Below are positions 62,708-64,000 of a stretch of 64,000 bases of DNA, piece after piece (the first letter of the stretch is position 1; each line of letters opens with the position of its first letter). The stretch comes from Vicinamibacterales bacterium (GTDB taxonomy: Bacteria > Acidobacteriota > Vicinamibacteria > Vicinamibacterales > JAKQTR01): assembly GCA_025456345.1 (NCBI GenBank), contig JALOKU010000026.1, forward strand, positions 3,075 to 67,074, read 5' to 3'. The notes under the pieces are model-generated. The model was given only the letters and a program-made list of their open reading frames with translations, was not told the DNA's origin and ran no database searches. The position numbers and the translations under genes were made by a program.

Positions 62708-63999
62708 GACCTGCCGCCTTCCTCTTCCAGCAGGTCGGTCTCGCGGATGGCGCGCGACGCGAGGTCAACGGCCAGCGTCTTCAACTCGAATGGCCGGAAC
62801 AAGAGCGGCGCCTGCACGCCCAGCGCGGGAATGCTCAACGTCGTCTGCCGTGCCGAACCAGTCGGTTCGAACAGCCGCACGATTACACGCCGGCCGTCCT
62901 CGGCCAGTTTCATGGCGGGCATCTGGATCACCGCATCCGAGAGGATTGCCCCCGGGACGGCGGCTGTCCCTCCTCCTGGCGGGAACGCCACCAGGGCCAT
63001 CGGCGCCTCGAGGTGCGCCGTGGCCTCGCGGTCGACGGCGGCGAGGCGGGCGGGTGCCGGGCCGGCGCTCAGCCAGAACCTGAAGACGTGCTCGCCGCGA
63101 TCCACGCGCGTCTCGACACGGTCCTGCCGGACGATGGGCGTGACATCGTCGACCGGGTGACCGGCATAGGCGGGAGAGCGGAGGCAGGAGAGCCGGAGCT
63201 CGGCGCCGGCATAGTCGAACCCCGATGTGGCGTCGGTCACAATCGTCAAGGCGCGCGCCGCGTCGGACGACACGCATGCCAGCCATTGGTGGCCGACCAG
63301 TTCTTCGCCTTCGCGGGCATGCCGCTCGACGCCGAAGGCCACCTGTCCGTGCACGCCCATGCCGGGCATGGCCGTGGGAATCGCGAACTTCAGCATCGCG
63401 TCGGTCTCGGCCCACAGCACCCGGGCCTCAATCTCCATCTCGGAGCTATGCTTCGCCAGCGCGTAACGGAGGCGCAGGATGGAACGGCCGTGCGCAAACG
63501 CCGCTTCGACGACGGTCCTCACCGGGCCGTCCTCGATGACCCTGACCGGGTCGAGTTCAGGAACCTTCACGCCAGCCAGCGCCGCCGTGTCGTGCGGCGA
63601 CATCAGCACGAAGTCGCCGAGGCGGTCTCTGAATCCCCGGACCTTCATGCCCCAGGGGTCGGCCGAGTCGCGCATCACCAGGGCACGGAACGCGCCGCCA
63701 TCGAGGAACGGCGCGCCGTTGAGCCGATAGCCAACGAGCAGGCCCGTCGACCCGTCGATGTCGATCTCGCACCCGTCCGACCGGTGCCGGAGAATCCCCG
63801 GCACCGGCCGCGGACCGTTGGCCGGGGGCCTCGGGACCGTCCGAAGCCGGCATGCGTAGCGCGACGTGCACGACGGGGGCAGCGCGGCGTGGAACACGAT
63901 GCGCTTGCGTTGATCCGCCTGGATGTTGCAGCTTTCCTTTTCGACCTGCATCGGAACGGGCGTGCCGTCCGGCATCGCCAGTTCCGGGGCCAGGAGCCT
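62704..63999 (-). CDS. Glycoside hydrolase family 38 (alpha-mannosidase) C-terminal part; N-terminus beyond right edge
   Basis: Frame stays open to base 63999 (RLLAPELAMPDG...). The beta-sandwich region resembles the GH38 C-terminal domain. 4-nt overlap with the downstream gene. Confidence 0.55.
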   Translation of the reverse strand, partial: RLLAPELAMPDGTPVPMQVEKESCNIQADQRKRIVFHAALPPSCTSRYACRLRTVPRPPANGPRPVPGILRHRSDGCEIDIDGSTGLLVGYRLNGAPFLDGGAFRALVMRDSADPWGMKVRGFRDRLGDFVLMSPHDTAALAGVKVPELDPVRVIEDGPVRTVVEAAFAHGRSILRLRYALAKHSSEMEIEARVLWAETDAMLKFAIPTAMPGMGVHGQVAFGVERHAREGEELVGHQWLACVSSDAARALTIVTDATSGFDYAGAELRLSCLRSPAYAGHPVDDVTPIVRQDRVETRVDRGEHVFRFWLSAGPAPARLAAVDREATAHLEAPMALVAFPPGGGTAAVPGAILSDAVIQMPAMKLAEDGRRVIVRLFEPTGSARQTTLSIPALGVQAPLLFRPFELKTLAVDLASRAIRETDLLEEEGGRS

Positions 64000-64000
64000 T

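Noticed and set aside
1-64000. Search for mobile-genetic or defence content (transposase, integrase, phage, toxin-antitoxin, restriction-modification, CRISPR-Cas, retron-like RT)
   Set aside because: None of the supported ORFs shows such motifs. The window looks like core or accessory metabolic chromosome, and the only mobile-like signals are the small non-autonomous repeats reported above.

Overview
64-kb chromosomal segment from a very GC-rich (about 68-70% by eye) diderm bacterium. The gene content (many secreted peptidases and CAZymes, TonB/M56 fusion, OPT and POT transporters, HME-RND pump) resembles soil Acidobacteriota or Gemmatimonadota, but that is only a guess. I support about 58 CDS. 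There are no rRNA, tRNA or CRISPR loci and no transposase, integrase, phage or recognisable defence genes. Gene order: GH127 fragment; GNAT-YdeI-racemase operon; csp; DinB; a block for peptide and amino-acid scavenging (OPT transporter, TGS-uridine-kinase, D-aminoacylase, GGT, PfkB kinase, alanine dehydrogenase, CoA-transferase); a 3-gene GT2/ICMT/DUF1697 cassette bracketed by inverted (GGGGAKA)n arrays; POT transporter + secreted cyanophycinase; ferredoxin-leuCD, lysR, leuAB; LigB-type dioxygenase, VOC, M28 peptidase; BlaI repressor + M56-TPR-2xTonB_C protein; czcCBA preceded by a pentaheme cytochrome and a cytochrome-c/beta-barrel fusion; a ytr-like GntR + 2x(ABC ATPase+permease) operon; proline dehydrogenase; xylulokinase; and a tightly overlapped minus-strand CAZyme operon (GH38, Gfo/Idh/MocA, heparinase II/III-like, two GH-like unknowns) containing two URO-D-family paralogs. 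The observations most worth follow-up are: (1) the BlaI/M56-TonB_C module, a possible trans-envelope signalling device; (2) the cytochrome-porin pair fused to the czc operon; (3) the G-quadruplex-type heptamer arrays at gene 3' ends in inverted orientation; (4) the MITE/REP family with a GGGGTCGGGAC core; (5) the URO-D paralogs in a glycan operon. All family calls come from motifs read by eye in the translations. No database search was run. Many long ORFs in the track are GC-driven antisense artefacts and were rejected.
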